Origin: Trichormus sp. ATA11-4-KO1
GTDB lineage: Bacteria > Cyanobacteriota > Cyanobacteriia > Cyanobacteriales > Nostocaceae
Reading direction: 5' to 3'
Assembly (NCBI GenBank): GCA_019358915.1
Contig: JAHHIM010000001.1
Coordinates: 160,001-224,000, forward strand
DNA: 64,000 nucleotides
Position numbers and translations under genes: made by a program. The notes under the pieces are model-generated. The model saw only the letters and a list, made by a program, of their open reading frames with translations, was not told the DNA's origin and did no database searches. This document shows positions 10,098-20,470 of this stretch, piece by piece; the first letter of the stretch is position 1; every line of letters begins with the position of its first letter.

Positions 10098-11060
10098 CTA
10101 ATTACCTTTTGACAGCCCCGTTGCTTCTGCATAAGCTGCATAAACTCCCTGGACGTTGTACCAGTTGAGAAAAATTCGGGCAACTTCCAAAGCTAACTGG
10201 GGTTTACCTAAATTAATGAGCCATCGCAAGAAGGGAGCCATTGTTCGCTCATTCAGTGTGCCGTTGAGTGAGAGGATACCCCAAAGTAAGCGATGTAACC
10301 AAGTCATTTGAATCATCATTCGCACTTCCCAAGTGGAGTGCTTTTGATAAAATAAGACTCCCATACGTCCGCGTTGTATTTCTTGATCAATCAAGCGGGG
10401 TATTTGCTCTAAGTTAAATGGGGGATGCCAGTGATAGCCAACGGCGGCTGGACATTTGATGAGTTGTAGCCCCAGTTTTTTCAATCTGACACCTAATTCC
10501 AAGTCTTCCCAACCATAGAGTTGAAAGCTAGTGTCAAACAGTCCGGCCTTCTCTAGCCAATGTTTGGGGATGGCGACATTACCGGTGGCAAAAAAAGCAG
10601 CGGAAAAGTCTGTGAGTTTATAGGGTTCAGCCGTGGGGTGGTCGAAATTGCAAGTATTAATTACTGCACCGTAAGTGAAGAAGCGATCGCTTGCTAATTT
10701 CTCTCTTCCCTGGAGGAGCGCGTCTGCATGAGCTTGTAAGAAATTCTTCAGCACCACCAAATCACTATCAATAAAGATAATTGTGTCACCCAATGCCTTT
10801 TCTACCCCCAAATTGCGCGCCGCCGCCGGGCCTGCGTGGTCTTGTTGAAACCATCGGACGTGGGGAAATTCTTCTTTGTGTGCTGCTAACCAATCTAATG
10901 TGCGATCGCTAGAACCGTCATCAACCAACACAATCTCATAATCAGTAATTGAACTAGATGCACTTAACTCCTGTACCTCCAAAGCTCGGAGGCACTTTTC
11001 TAAAATCGGCTGGCGATTATAAGTCGGTATAACAACGCTGAAAAACACAGTCTCACCCAC
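10098..11060 (-). CDS. Glycosyltransferase family 2
   Basis: SVVIPTYNR, VDDGSSD, GPAAARNLG, FIDSD and YGWEDLELG motifs. Confidence 0.92.
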   Translation of the reverse strand: MGETVFFSVVIPTYNRQPILEKCLRALEVQELSASSSITDYEIVLVDDGSSDRTLDWLAAHKEEFPHVRWFQQDHAGPAAARNLGVEKALGDTIIFIDSDLVVLKNFLQAHADALLQGREKLASDRFFTYGAVINTCNFDHPTAEPYKLTDFSAAFFATGNVAIPKHWLEKAGLFDTSFQLYGWEDLELGVRLKKLGLQLIKCPAAVGYHWHPPFNLEQIPRLIDQEIQRGRMGVLFYQKHSTWEVRMMIQMTWLHRLLWGILSLNGTLNERTMAPFLRWLINLGKPQLALEVARIFLNWYNVQGVYAAYAEATGLSKGN

Positions 11061-11633
11061 AACAGATATTACCCATCTCCAGGATAGGACAGCAAGGAAC
11101 TAAACACTGTTCCTTCGTGATTCAAATGCTCAAGTATGATGTTAAAATCAATGTTTTCGTATCTGTAAATAGCCCTAATTTTATTATTAAATTTGTATAG
11201 TTTTATACATCTAGGTTATTTTTTTGTATTCTCAATCTCAAGGATGAAAAATCATGTTAAATATCATTATTTTTTTAATAAATCAAGTCTAATTTTAGCA
11301 GTTTTTATTACAACTTAATTAAAAATGCTCTATTAGCCTATTTCTAATAGAAACAATTCACATAAAATACTAATCACATAAAATACTAAAAATGTATGAA
11401 TTAATGTTCATGCATAAAAATATGATACTAAACAATTAATTTTAAATTGATAAAATATAGCAATAATTAAGATGCTATCATTAGCATTAGCCCCACACCA
11501 TAAAAGCTTGTAAAGCTTTTTGTATAAGCGTTAAAGTCTCTTTTTGGATTCATGATATCTCCCCATAATAGTAGTTATATCGTCATAGTAAAATATATAA
11601 TTTTTCTCAATTAAATTTGCTTGATAAATTGAA

Positions 11634-11663
11634 ATTAATCAATATATAACCTATTGTTAACAA
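11634..11663 (+). promoter_or_regulatory. Pho-box-like site (SphR) upstream of phoX1
   Basis: ATTAATCA-ata-TATAACCT-att-GTTAACAA: three 8-mers with 3-bp spacers resembling the cyanobacterial CTTAACCT consensus. Confidence 0.65.
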
Positions 11664-11889
11664 TTGTTACTTAAATTGAAACAGAAACAACAAAGCTTGG
11701 ATCAAGTAAACAAAATTGGTCAATCTTATTAGTTATTCACTACGAATGATTGACTGGAGAAGATATGAGACAATTCAACAAATATCTGAATAAATTGCGC
11801 AAATTTGTCGAATTTTTCTAATCTTTTCTGAATTTAAAAACTGAACTAAGTAGTAAATCTGTCAACATTCATTCAATTGAGTACTCAGA

Positions 11890-14049
11890 ATGAAAAGTCA
11901 CCTTCATCCCAAGAACGACATAACAATCAACCCATCCGGTAACGAATCAATTCGTGACGTGATTGAACGCGTCAGTATGAAGCGCAGACGTTTCATCATG
12001 ACAGCAGTAGGAGCCTCGGCGGTAACTGTATTAGGTGATGTCACTATTGGTGGCATACTCCAAACTGTTGCAGCATCTACTGTTCCAGCTGGACTGGGAT
12101 TTGCTGGTATTGGCTTCGAGAGCGTCGAACCAAATCTACTCAATCCAGCAACAGGAATACTAGAAAAGGATCTTGTTACTGTTCCTCAAGGCTACAAAGC
12201 CCAAGTATTAGTTGCTTGGGGCGATCCCATCATGCCTGGTGCGCCAAACTGGTCATCAGACGCTTCCCAAGATGCGGCGGCACAAGAAAAGCAGTTCGGG
12301 ATGAATGCTGATGGTATGCACTTCTTGCCTATACCGGGACGGAGTTATCACAGACGGACATCAGGATTACCAGTGCCAGTTGAAGGTCGCGCATTTAATA
12401 CTCGTGGGCTACTGTGCGTTAACCATGAGTTTACCCAAGAGCAGTTCCTCCACCCCGAAGGTCTGAACCCAGTCACAATTCAAAAAGTACGTAAATCTCA
12501 GGCTGCTAACGGCGTATCTATCCTAGAGATATCCAAAGACAGATTCGGTAATAACTGGAGTGTTAATCGCAATTCTCGTTTTGGTCGTCGGATCACTGGC
12601 AACACCGAAATGCGAGTAGCTGGGCCTGTGGCAGGTAGCGATTTTGTGAAGTCGAAGAAATTTGACATCACACCCGATGGCTCCTTTGAAATCGGGGTGA
12701 ACGACGGTTACACCGCTTACGGTACAGTTAACAACTGCGCTCACGGTGAAACTCCTTGGGGTACTTATTTAACCTGTGAAGAAAACTGGAATGGCTACTT
12801 CCAAAATGCTACCAGAACTGTAGTTTCAGTTCCTGGGGTAGAAGATGCCGACATTTTGCAAGGACAAAATCGTTACGGTATTCCCACATCAAGTCGCTTC
12901 GGTTGGGCAAGTGTTGATCCACGTTGGGATGCCAGCACTAACCCACTGGAACCACATTTATTTGGTTGGGTAGTAGAGATTGATCCATACGATCCTCAAA
13001 GCAAGCCAGTCAAACGTACTACCCTGGGTCGGTTCAAGCACGAAAGCGCTCAATTTGTGGTTGATGACAACAACCGTCTGGCTTTCTATATGGGTGACGA
13101 CGAGCGTAACGAGTATATCTACAAGTTTGTTTGTTCCAGACCCTTTAATCCCAACGTTCGGGGCGCTAACCGTGATTTACTGGATTACGGTACTTTGTAC
13201 GTTGCTAAGTTCAATGACAATGGTACTGGGGAATGGCTACCTTTGGTCTATGGTCAAGGTGGTCTGACACCAGAAAATGGTTTTAGAAGCCAAGCGGAAG
13301 TGCTGGTTAAAACCAGACAAGCTGCTGACAGAGTAGGCGCAACCATGATGGATCGTCCAGAGTGGACTGCTGTTCGCCCTCGCATCGGTGGATTCAATGA
13401 AATTGAAGTCTATTGTGCGTTAACCAACAACAATCGTCGTGGAACAGAACCAGAATCTGTAAATGAAGCAGATGGTTCCACCATAAGTGGAAGTTCACGT
13501 CCTCCTGTTGATCCTGCTAACCCACGTGAAGATAACCGCTACGGTCACATCATCCGTTGGCGTGAAACAGGACGTAGCGTGGCCGCTACCAGTTTCAACT
13601 GGGATATTTTTGTCGAGTGTGGCGATAAACAAGATCCTGATCCAAATCATGTTGGCAATATCAACGGTGATGACCTCAGTTCACCTGATGGCCTTTGGTT
13701 CGACGACTTTGGTCGCCTCTGGATTCAAACTGACCATGCTGGTACTGGTACTGGTGATGTCGTCAATATTGGTAGTAACACCATGTCATGTGCTAACCCC
13801 AATAATCCTAGAGAAATTAAACGCTTCCTCACCAGTCCAACAGACTGTGAGGTAACCGGTGTGATCACTACACCAGATGGTAGAGCGATGTTCATTAATA
13901 TCCAGCACCCAGGTTCTCGTGGAAGTACTGAGAATCCTACTAGCAGAAGCAACTGGCCACACAGCCAAGGTTATGGCCCTGCTGGTCGTCCACGTTCTGC
14001 AACGGTGGTAATTACCCGTGATAACGGTGGCATTATTGGCGCTATCTAA
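11890..14049 (+). CDS. phoX: PhoX-family alkaline phosphatase (DUF839), Tat-exported, copy 1
   Basis: Tat-like KRRRFI; LCVNHE, NNCAHG.TPWGTYLTCEEN, GRFKHE, MDRPE, SPDGL, CEVTG and NIQHPG motifs. Confidence 0.93.
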   Translation: MKSHLHPKNDITINPSGNESIRDVIERVSMKRRRFIMTAVGASAVTVLGDVTIGGILQTVAASTVPAGLGFAGIGFESVEPNLLNPATGILEKDLVTVPQGYKAQVLVAWGDPIMPGAPNWSSDASQDAAAQEKQFGMNADGMHFLPIPGRSYHRRTSGLPVPVEGRAFNTRGLLCVNHEFTQEQFLHPEGLNPVTIQKVRKSQAANGVSILEISKDRFGNNWSVNRNSRFGRRITGNTEMRVAGPVAGSDFVKSKKFDITPDGSFEIGVNDGYTAYGTVNNCAHGETPWGTYLTCEENWNGYFQNATRTVVSVPGVEDADILQGQNRYGIPTSSRFGWASVDPRWDASTNPLEPHLFGWVVEIDPYDPQSKPVKRTTLGRFKHESAQFVVDDNNRLAFYMGDDERNEYIYKFVCSRPFNPNVRGANRDLLDYGTLYVAKFNDNGTGEWLPLVYGQGGLTPENGFRSQAEVLVKTRQAADRVGATMMDRPEWTAVRPRIGGFNEIEVYCALTNNNRRGTEPESVNEADGSTISGSSRPPVDPANPREDNRYGHIIRWRETGRSVAATSFNWDIFVECGDKQDPDPNHVGNINGDDLSSPDGLWFDDFGRLWIQTDHAGTGTGDVVNIGSNTMSCANPNNPREIKRFLTSPTDCEVTGVITTPDGRAMFINIQHPGSRGSTENPTSRSNWPHSQGYGPAGRPRSATVVITRDNGGIIGAI

Positions 14050-14114
14050 ACACAGTTATCAATAAAAGCTTATTAGTTTAGCGCACCTCAATTACTACAA
14101 GGTTAATAACAGCT

Positions 14115-14162
14115 AATCACTTGCTTATTTGCCTATATTTAAGGTCAAAAAAGCAAGTGATT
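14115..14162 (+). terminator. Stem-loop after phoX1
   Basis: AATCACTTGCTT...AAGCAAGTGATT inverted repeat followed by a T-rich tract. Confidence 0.5.
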
Positions 14163-14213
14163 TATTAGCAAAATTAATCCTATAGCAATACATAAATTTA
14201 TGAATTAATTTAT

Positions 14214-14243
14214 GTTAATCGCTACATAACCTAACGTTAATAC
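14214..14243 (+). promoter_or_regulatory. Pho-box-like site upstream of phoX2
   Basis: GTTAATCG-cta-CATAACCT-aac-GTTAATAC aligns position for position with the phoX1 box, including the downstream TAAATTGA. Confidence 0.65.
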
Positions 14244-14303
14244 TACTTATCTAAATTGAGTTCGCCATGATAATTTTTGTACTTTTACCAGTATTTGGAC
14301 GAG

Positions 14304-14322
14304 CTTAACCTGTTATTAACCA
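14304..14322 (+). promoter_or_regulatory. Second Pho-box-like site upstream of phoX2
   Basis: CTTAACCT-gtt-ATTAACCA: one exact consensus unit plus one near-consensus unit at 11-bp spacing. Confidence 0.65.
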
Positions 14323-14435
14323 CGGGTTATTATCCCTGAAAAACTGGCAAATAATTAAGTTTTTTATTTACCAAGTTACTCATCGCAATTGATAACCGAA
14401 CAGCAAATTTCTCAACCTTAAATGGAGAACCGAGA

Positions 14436-16601
14436 ATGAAAGGTCTTTCTCACCCTAAGAATAATGTAACGCTTAACCCATCAAGTAACGAGTCAATCCG
14501 TGACGTGATCGGGCGTGTGAGTATGAAGCGTAGACGCTTCATCATGACGGCTGTAGGTGCTTCAGCGCTAACCGTATTAGGTGATGTTACCATCGGTGGC
14601 TTGCTGCAAACTGTTGCGGCTTCTCCAGTTCCCCCTGGACTTGGATTTGCTGGCATTGGCTTTAAGAGCATCCCACCAAATCTGTTGAACCCAGCTACGG
14701 GACTCCTAGAAAAAGACCTAGTTAGTGTTCCTGAAGGTTACAAAGCAGAAGTCATCCTGGCTTGGGGTGACCCCATCATGCCCGGTGCGCCAAACTGGTC
14801 ACCGGATGCTACCCAAGATGCCGCAGCCCAAGAAAAGCAAGCTGGGATGCACCATGATGGAATGCACTTCTTCCCACTACCAGGGCGGCAGTTTTTAAGC
14901 CGTCCATTAGCTTCAGCATCTGCTTATCAAGGGCAGACATATCGTCGGGGGCTACTGTGCGTTAACCATGAATACACTCATGAAGAAATCCTTCATGGGT
15001 CTGAGGGTTTAACCCCAGTAACGATTCAAAAAGTACGTAAATCTCAAGCTGCCCACGGTGTATCGATTGCAGAAATAGCTAGGGCGAGATTTGGCAATAG
15101 CTGGAGTGTAGATCGCAATTCCCGTTATGGTCGCCGCATCACAGGTAATACAGAGATGCGAGTTGCTGGGCCTGTTGCTGGTAGTGCCTTTGTGAAGTCG
15201 AAGAAGTTTGACATTACACCCAACGGCTCAATTGAAATTGGTGTAAACGACGGCTACACCGCTTACGGTACGCTTAACAACTGCGCCCACGGCGTAACTC
15301 CTTGGGGTACTTACCTTACCTGTGAAGAAAACTGGAACGGCTACTTTGGCAAAAACAATCCTTCAGAAGGTGTAGCCTCGGTTCCAGGGGTTGAAGAAGC
15401 CGATATTGTAGCATTACAGAATCGCTACGGTATAACCAGCACAGGTTTTAACTATCGTTGGCATGAAGCTGACCCACGCTTTGATGCTAACACCAACCCT
15501 CTGGAGCCGCATTTGTTCGGTTGGGTGGTTGAGATTGATCCCTACAATCCTCAAAGCAAACCAGTCAAACGCACGACTATGGGTCGGTTTAAGCATGAAA
15601 GCGCACAATTTGTTGTGGATGATAACAATCGTTTAGCTTTCTATATGGGTGACGACGAACGTAACGAGTATATCTACAAGTTCGTTTGCTCCAGATCCTT
15701 CAATCCCAAGATTCGTGGTGCTAACCGTGACTTGTTGGATGACGGTATTTTGTACGTTGCTAAGTTCAGCGACAACGGGACTGGTGAGTGGATTCCCCTA
15801 GTTTATGGTCAGCGTGGTTTGACACCAGAAAACGGTTTCAGCAGCCAAGCTGAAGTTTTGGTCAAAACTAGAATGGCTGCTGATAGAGTAGGCGCAACCA
15901 TGATGGATCGTCCCGAATGGACTGCTGTGCGTCCTCGGATTGGTGGATTCAAGGAAATAGAGGTCTACTGTACGTTGACAAACAACAATCGTCGCGGAAC
16001 GGGGGAAACCTCTGTGAATCAGCCAGATGGCTCAACACGTTCTGGTAGTGCGCGTCCTCCTGTGGATGCGGCTAACCCACGTCCTGATAACCGTTATGGT
16101 CACATCATCCGTTGGCGAGAAGATGGACAAAGAGTTACAGCTACTACTTTCACATGGGATATTTTTGTTGAGTGCGGTGATAGTCAGAGAACTGAACCAA
16201 ATCTTGTGGGTAACATTAATGGTGACGACCTCAGTTCACCAGATGGTCTCTGGTTTGACGACTTCGGCCGCCTCTGGATTCAGACCGACCACTCGGGCAA
16301 TGGTCTTGGTGATTTGGTAAACATCGGTAGCAACACCATGTCGTGTGCGAACCCCAATGATCCCAGAGAAGTGAAGCGCTTTTTAACTAGTCCCACTAAC
16401 TGTGAAGTAACGGGTGTCATCACCACACCAGATGGTAGAACGATGTTTATCAACATTCAGCACCCAGGCGAAGGTGCGCCCGCCTCAAACCCCACCCAAT
16501 CCAGCAACTGGCCAAGCACTCAAGGCTATGGCCCATCTGGTCGCCCACGTTCTGCAACAGTTGTGATCACCCGCAATGATGGTGGCATTATTGGTGCTTA
16601 A
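14436..16601 (+). CDS. phoX: PhoX-family alkaline phosphatase, Tat-exported, copy 2
   Basis: Same motifs as copy 1, and colinear and highly similar to it over the full length. Confidence 0.93.
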   Translation: MKGLSHPKNNVTLNPSSNESIRDVIGRVSMKRRRFIMTAVGASALTVLGDVTIGGLLQTVAASPVPPGLGFAGIGFKSIPPNLLNPATGLLEKDLVSVPEGYKAEVILAWGDPIMPGAPNWSPDATQDAAAQEKQAGMHHDGMHFFPLPGRQFLSRPLASASAYQGQTYRRGLLCVNHEYTHEEILHGSEGLTPVTIQKVRKSQAAHGVSIAEIARARFGNSWSVDRNSRYGRRITGNTEMRVAGPVAGSAFVKSKKFDITPNGSIEIGVNDGYTAYGTLNNCAHGVTPWGTYLTCEENWNGYFGKNNPSEGVASVPGVEEADIVALQNRYGITSTGFNYRWHEADPRFDANTNPLEPHLFGWVVEIDPYNPQSKPVKRTTMGRFKHESAQFVVDDNNRLAFYMGDDERNEYIYKFVCSRSFNPKIRGANRDLLDDGILYVAKFSDNGTGEWIPLVYGQRGLTPENGFSSQAEVLVKTRMAADRVGATMMDRPEWTAVRPRIGGFKEIEVYCTLTNNNRRGTGETSVNQPDGSTRSGSARPPVDAANPRPDNRYGHIIRWREDGQRVTATTFTWDIFVECGDSQRTEPNLVGNINGDDLSSPDGLWFDDFGRLWIQTDHSGNGLGDLVNIGSNTMSCANPNDPREVKRFLTSPTNCEVTGVITTPDGRTMFINIQHPGEGAPASNPTQSSNWPSTQGYGPSGRPRSATVVITRNDGGIIGA

Positions 16602-16651
16602 ATCCTCACCATTATCTGTGTTGAAAGTCAATAATTAAGGCGATTTATTTC

Positions 16652-16688
16652 AGATCCCCTACTTCTTGAAGAAGTAGGGGATCTTTTT
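16652..16688 (+). terminator. Intrinsic terminator-like hairpin after phoX2
   Basis: AGATCCCCTACTTCTT-g-AAGAAGTAGGGGATCT followed by TTTT. Confidence 0.65.
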
Positions 16689-16714
16689 ATTCGTGTTGGA
16701 AGTTTTTTCTGTAT

Positions 16715-16744
16715 CTTATTCTGTATTTTACCTTTTCTTAAATT
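16715..16744 (+). promoter_or_regulatory. Pho-box-like site upstream of the CDF transporter
   Basis: CTTATTCT-gta-TTTTACCT-ttt-CTTAAATT at 11-bp period, with a CATAAT -10-like hexamer at about 16760. The match is degenerate. Confidence 0.45.
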
Positions 16745-16996
16745 AACTAGAAAGCGTTTCATAATACTGTTATATGTGTTCTAATGTTCAACCATTCCCA
16801 TATTGAAACTCACTTATCTCCATAAAAGTTCTTGAGTCAGTTTCTCAAAATTATGGGATAGAAAATCTAACCCATCGCTGCATCAAAGATATTCTTTGAT
16901 GGGCAATATTTCCATACTCTATGGAAAAATTCAGCTTGCCGTAAATTATTGTGTTGGTGAGTACTTTTTAAGCTGCTACTAATAAGGTTTTGGATA

Positions 16997-17977
16997 ATGC
17001 TTTCACTACAATGGTGTAAATGTGGCTGTGCAGATGATTCTCAAAAAATGCTGCAAAGTCAGCAAAAAACCAAGATTTTATGGTTAACAACAAGCTTACT
17101 GACTTGTTTCTTTGTCGCTGAATGGGGCGTAGGTCTGTGGAGCCAAAGTTTATCTTTACAGGCGGATGCGGGACACATGTTTGCCGATATTACAGCTTTG
17201 GTAATATCACTATTTGCTAGTTACTTAGCACAGCAACCAGCAAAAGGTAAGGCAACATTTGGGCATCAGCGAATTGAAGTTTTAGCAGCTTTGTTAAATG
17301 GATTGAGTTTACTAGCGATCGCCACTTTTATCACCTACGAAGCCATCCAACGCTGGCAACATCCAGGGACAATTTTAGGCTTACCAATGTTGCTAGTGGC
17401 AATTACTGGTTTAATTGTCAATTTGCTGAACATTAGTCTATTGCATCCCCATTCTCACAATGATTTAAATTTGCAGGGAGCCTTGTTACATATTATCGCT
17501 GATACTGCTAGTTCGGTGGGTGTAATTATTGCAGCTGTGATGATTCATCTATGGAATTGGTGGTGGGCTGATGTCGCCATTAGTTTAGTAGTGGCAACTT
17601 TTACAGGTGTGAGTGCATTACCTTTAGTCCAAGAAAGTATCAAGATTTTTTTGGAATATGCACCCAAATCAATTGACCCCGTGGAAGTAGAAAAATTAAT
17701 TAAATCTTTTCCCGGAGTTGTACAAGTAGAAAAACTGCATATCTGGACAATTAGCACCAATAAAGTCATGCTTTGTGCCAATTTGACTGTGGAATGTGCC
17801 ACCAATCAGGAACGCGATCGCCTACTTCATAAATTGCAAACTCACCTCCAAGAAACCTTTAGGATTACCGAAATAACTTTGCAATTAGCCAGTCCGCAAA
17901 AACCTGGCAAAATCTCTCTGCATACGTTGTTTAACCAAGATTTATCTCTGATGTTAGCTGTCAATAAATCAAAGTAA
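16997..17977 (+). CDS. Cation diffusion facilitator (ZitB/CzcD-like Zn/Co/Cd exporter)
   Basis: SLSLQADAGHMFAD (HxxxD), TFGHQRIE, His-rich loop HPHSH, LHIIAD, and a C-terminal domain with LHIW. Confidence 0.92.
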   Translation: MLSLQWCKCGCADDSQKMLQSQQKTKILWLTTSLLTCFFVAEWGVGLWSQSLSLQADAGHMFADITALVISLFASYLAQQPAKGKATFGHQRIEVLAALLNGLSLLAIATFITYEAIQRWQHPGTILGLPMLLVAITGLIVNLLNISLLHPHSHNDLNLQGALLHIIADTASSVGVIIAAVMIHLWNWWWADVAISLVVATFTGVSALPLVQESIKIFLEYAPKSIDPVEVEKLIKSFPGVVQVEKLHIWTISTNKVMLCANLTVECATNQERDRLLHKLQTHLQETFRITEITLQLASPQKPGKISLHTLFNQDLSLMLAVNKSK

Positions 17978-17985
17978 ATATCAAC

Positions 17986-18082
17986 AGGACTTACGCACAG
18001 GTAATGGGAAAACGTTCGCATAGCGTCTCGAAGAGAAGTACACGAAGAAATAAGAGTTTGAGAGAGTTTTTGCGTAGGTCCT
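17986..18082. mobile_element. MITE-like element with a nested small repeat
   Basis: TIRs AGGACTTACGCA / TGCGTAGGTCCT. The internal GTTCGCATAGCGTCTCGAAGAGA recurs in reverse complement at about 23160-23183. Confidence 0.6.
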
Positions 18083-18196
18083 AATCAATTTTAAATTCAA
18101 ATTTACACATAATGCTTATTGGCTTTTTTAAATAGTCAAAGCATAACATCACCAATTTATCAATTGGTTGCTACTTACTACGAGGTCTCTTAATCG

Positions 18197-20308
18197 ATGA
18201 AAGATATTTCCGGATTCGGGTCTGTTTGGACTCGATGGCAAACAGCAGGGGTAGTACTGCTACTAGTGTTACTCTGCTGGCTGGTGACTACAGTCCCGGC
18301 TCGTTCCCAGTCCTTGGGGGGCGCAGAGGTGAGAATTTGGCCGACCAATAATTCCACTCTACTGGTAGACCAACGTTTTGATTTACGGGTAGAAAGTTTA
18401 TTCCCGGCTGAATCTGGTCAGGAGCCTTCCTTGACTTCTATTAGAATTAATGGAGTAGACTTCACCAATTCTTTTAGAGAAGGTATCAACCAACAGCTGC
18501 AATTGCCTGGTGGTGAACTGGAAGTTGGTAAGCCATTCGAGTCAACACTCTTTGGTCAGACACTGCGGAACTACTCATTTGATAGCCCCGGTGTTTACGA
18601 CGTAGAGGCCAGGGTAAATATTGATGGTAAAGACTTTGTTGCCCGTAACACTTACAAAGTGCAACGGTTTCAAACCTCCGGCAACCTCAATCGGATTATT
18701 TTCTATGTCGGTGATGGTATGGGGGTTCCTGTGCGGACTGCTGCACGCATCATGGAGTATGGCGTGCGTGATGGTCAGCCTGGTGGTCGCCTGCAAATTG
18801 AGCAGATGCCAGAACTGGGCTTAATGTCTACCCATTCTTTGAATAGCATTATTCCCGATTCTGCTAACACTGCTGCTGCTTGGGCTTCGGGAACTAAAAC
18901 CATCAATAATGCAATGAACGCCTTCCCAGATAATACACCAGGGAATCCTTTCGATAATCCCCGCATTGAAACCCTGCCGCAGTACATGAAGCGGAAGTAC
19001 AACTGGGGAATTGGCTTAGTTACCACTGCGTTTACTACCGATGCGACACCAGCAGCTTTTGGTACTAACATTATCGCTCGTGGGCAGAATCCAGCGATCG
19101 CTCAAACATATTTGGACTTTTTTAATGATGAGTATACCCTACCAGCCACTGGTTACCAAAGTTGGCAAGAACTAGCCCAACCAGTCGATGTGATTTTAGG
19201 GCCTGGCGCACGGAACTACGTACCCCAAGGACGGATTGCTGAATTTAGAGATACTGCATCTCGTCCAGATGGTCAAGACCTAAGCGAGGTGGCAAAAGGT
19301 TTAGGCTACACCATTGTCAAAGACTTAAGCGAGCTGAATAGCGCTCCTAACAACCGTCCTATTTTAGGGTTATTTTTGGGAGATTTCCGTCAGGGTTCGG
19401 CTTTAGGAGCTTCCAACACTCCGTCTGAACTTGACCTATTAATTGCTAGAGGTCAGGCCACAATTGAAGGACGTGGCGCTAATGAACTCGATCCCCCTAT
19501 CCCACCTGAATTTGTTAACATTCCGACGCTAGCAGAAATGCATCAGAAGGCCATTGCCGTTTTAGATCAATTGCATCCCAATGGCTGGATTATGCTCGTA
19601 GAATCTTCTCAAATTGATAAACTTGCCCATCCCCTTGATACTGACCGCACGCTATACGAAGTTTTGGCACTTGATGAAGCCGTGGGACGCGGACGCGAAT
19701 ATGCTAGACGTTCAGGTAACACACTGTTAGTTGTGACTTCTGACCATGCCCAAGGTCAAACTGTTGGTGGTACCGTAGATAGCGTTGGTATCCGTGAAGG
19801 TCGGGTTGACCTCAGAGATGCTATGCGTTCCTTCGGTGGTGCTGGCTTTACTAACTACGTTGATGCCGATCGCAACGGCTTCCCCGATGATGCAACTCCG
19901 TCCAGTAAATTAGCCATTGGTGTTTCTGCTCGTCCAGTTTTCCGCACTGATTTCTTGACTGACGACCTGAACAGAGCACCAGCCATAGGAAACGATGGTA
20001 CTCAAGTCAATCCTCTACGCGATCCCAATGGACTACTGTTAACTGCTGACTTGCAGCGTTCCACCACAGTTGCTAACCATACTGCTGATGACGTAGCGAT
20101 CGCCACGGAAGGGCCAGGTAGCACATTATTTAATAGTGCGATTGACAACATTGAAATTTTTCAGCGTATGGCGGCGGCGATTTCTGGCGTTCGCGATCGC
20201 AATAATTTAGCTGAGTTATTCAGCGATACCAGACCAACACCACCAGTTCGTCCCGTGCGTCCGGTTCGTCCTGAGCCTCCAGTTCGTCCCGTGCGTCCGG
20301 TTCGTTAA
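18197..20308 (+). CDS. phoA: PhoA-type alkaline phosphatase with N-terminal accessory domain and PVR-repeat tail
   Basis: Sec signal peptide; VGDGMG, catalytic PDSA, DATPAAF, ESSQIDKLAH, TSDH and NHTADDV motifs. Confidence 0.88.
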   Translation: MKDISGFGSVWTRWQTAGVVLLLVLLCWLVTTVPARSQSLGGAEVRIWPTNNSTLLVDQRFDLRVESLFPAESGQEPSLTSIRINGVDFTNSFREGINQQLQLPGGELEVGKPFESTLFGQTLRNYSFDSPGVYDVEARVNIDGKDFVARNTYKVQRFQTSGNLNRIIFYVGDGMGVPVRTAARIMEYGVRDGQPGGRLQIEQMPELGLMSTHSLNSIIPDSANTAAAWASGTKTINNAMNAFPDNTPGNPFDNPRIETLPQYMKRKYNWGIGLVTTAFTTDATPAAFGTNIIARGQNPAIAQTYLDFFNDEYTLPATGYQSWQELAQPVDVILGPGARNYVPQGRIAEFRDTASRPDGQDLSEVAKGLGYTIVKDLSELNSAPNNRPILGLFLGDFRQGSALGASNTPSELDLLIARGQATIEGRGANELDPPIPPEFVNIPTLAEMHQKAIAVLDQLHPNGWIMLVESSQIDKLAHPLDTDRTLYEVLALDEAVGRGREYARRSGNTLLVVTSDHAQGQTVGGTVDSVGIREGRVDLRDAMRSFGGAGFTNYVDADRNGFPDDATPSSKLAIGVSARPVFRTDFLTDDLNRAPAIGNDGTQVNPLRDPNGLLLTADLQRSTTVANHTADDVAIATEGPGSTLFNSAIDNIEIFQRMAAAISGVRDRNNLAELFSDTRPTPPVRPVRPVRPEPPVRPVRPVR

Positions 20309-20470
20309 TCTCAAAATAATTCGTAATTGATAACTCATAATTGCCAGCAGTGGATTTAAGCTCCTACTGATTGAAGATTACTGAAACTTTAATTCAGTAA
20401 GGGTTTGTACCCATTTTTGTAATTACGAATTACGAATTAGTAATTATTCACTAGTTAGTAGGTGCAAAAT

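Noticed and set aside
11904..19071. Numerous short antisense ORFs over phoX, phoA and other long genes
   Set aside because: These are shadow ORFs caused by the codon bias of the sense genes.
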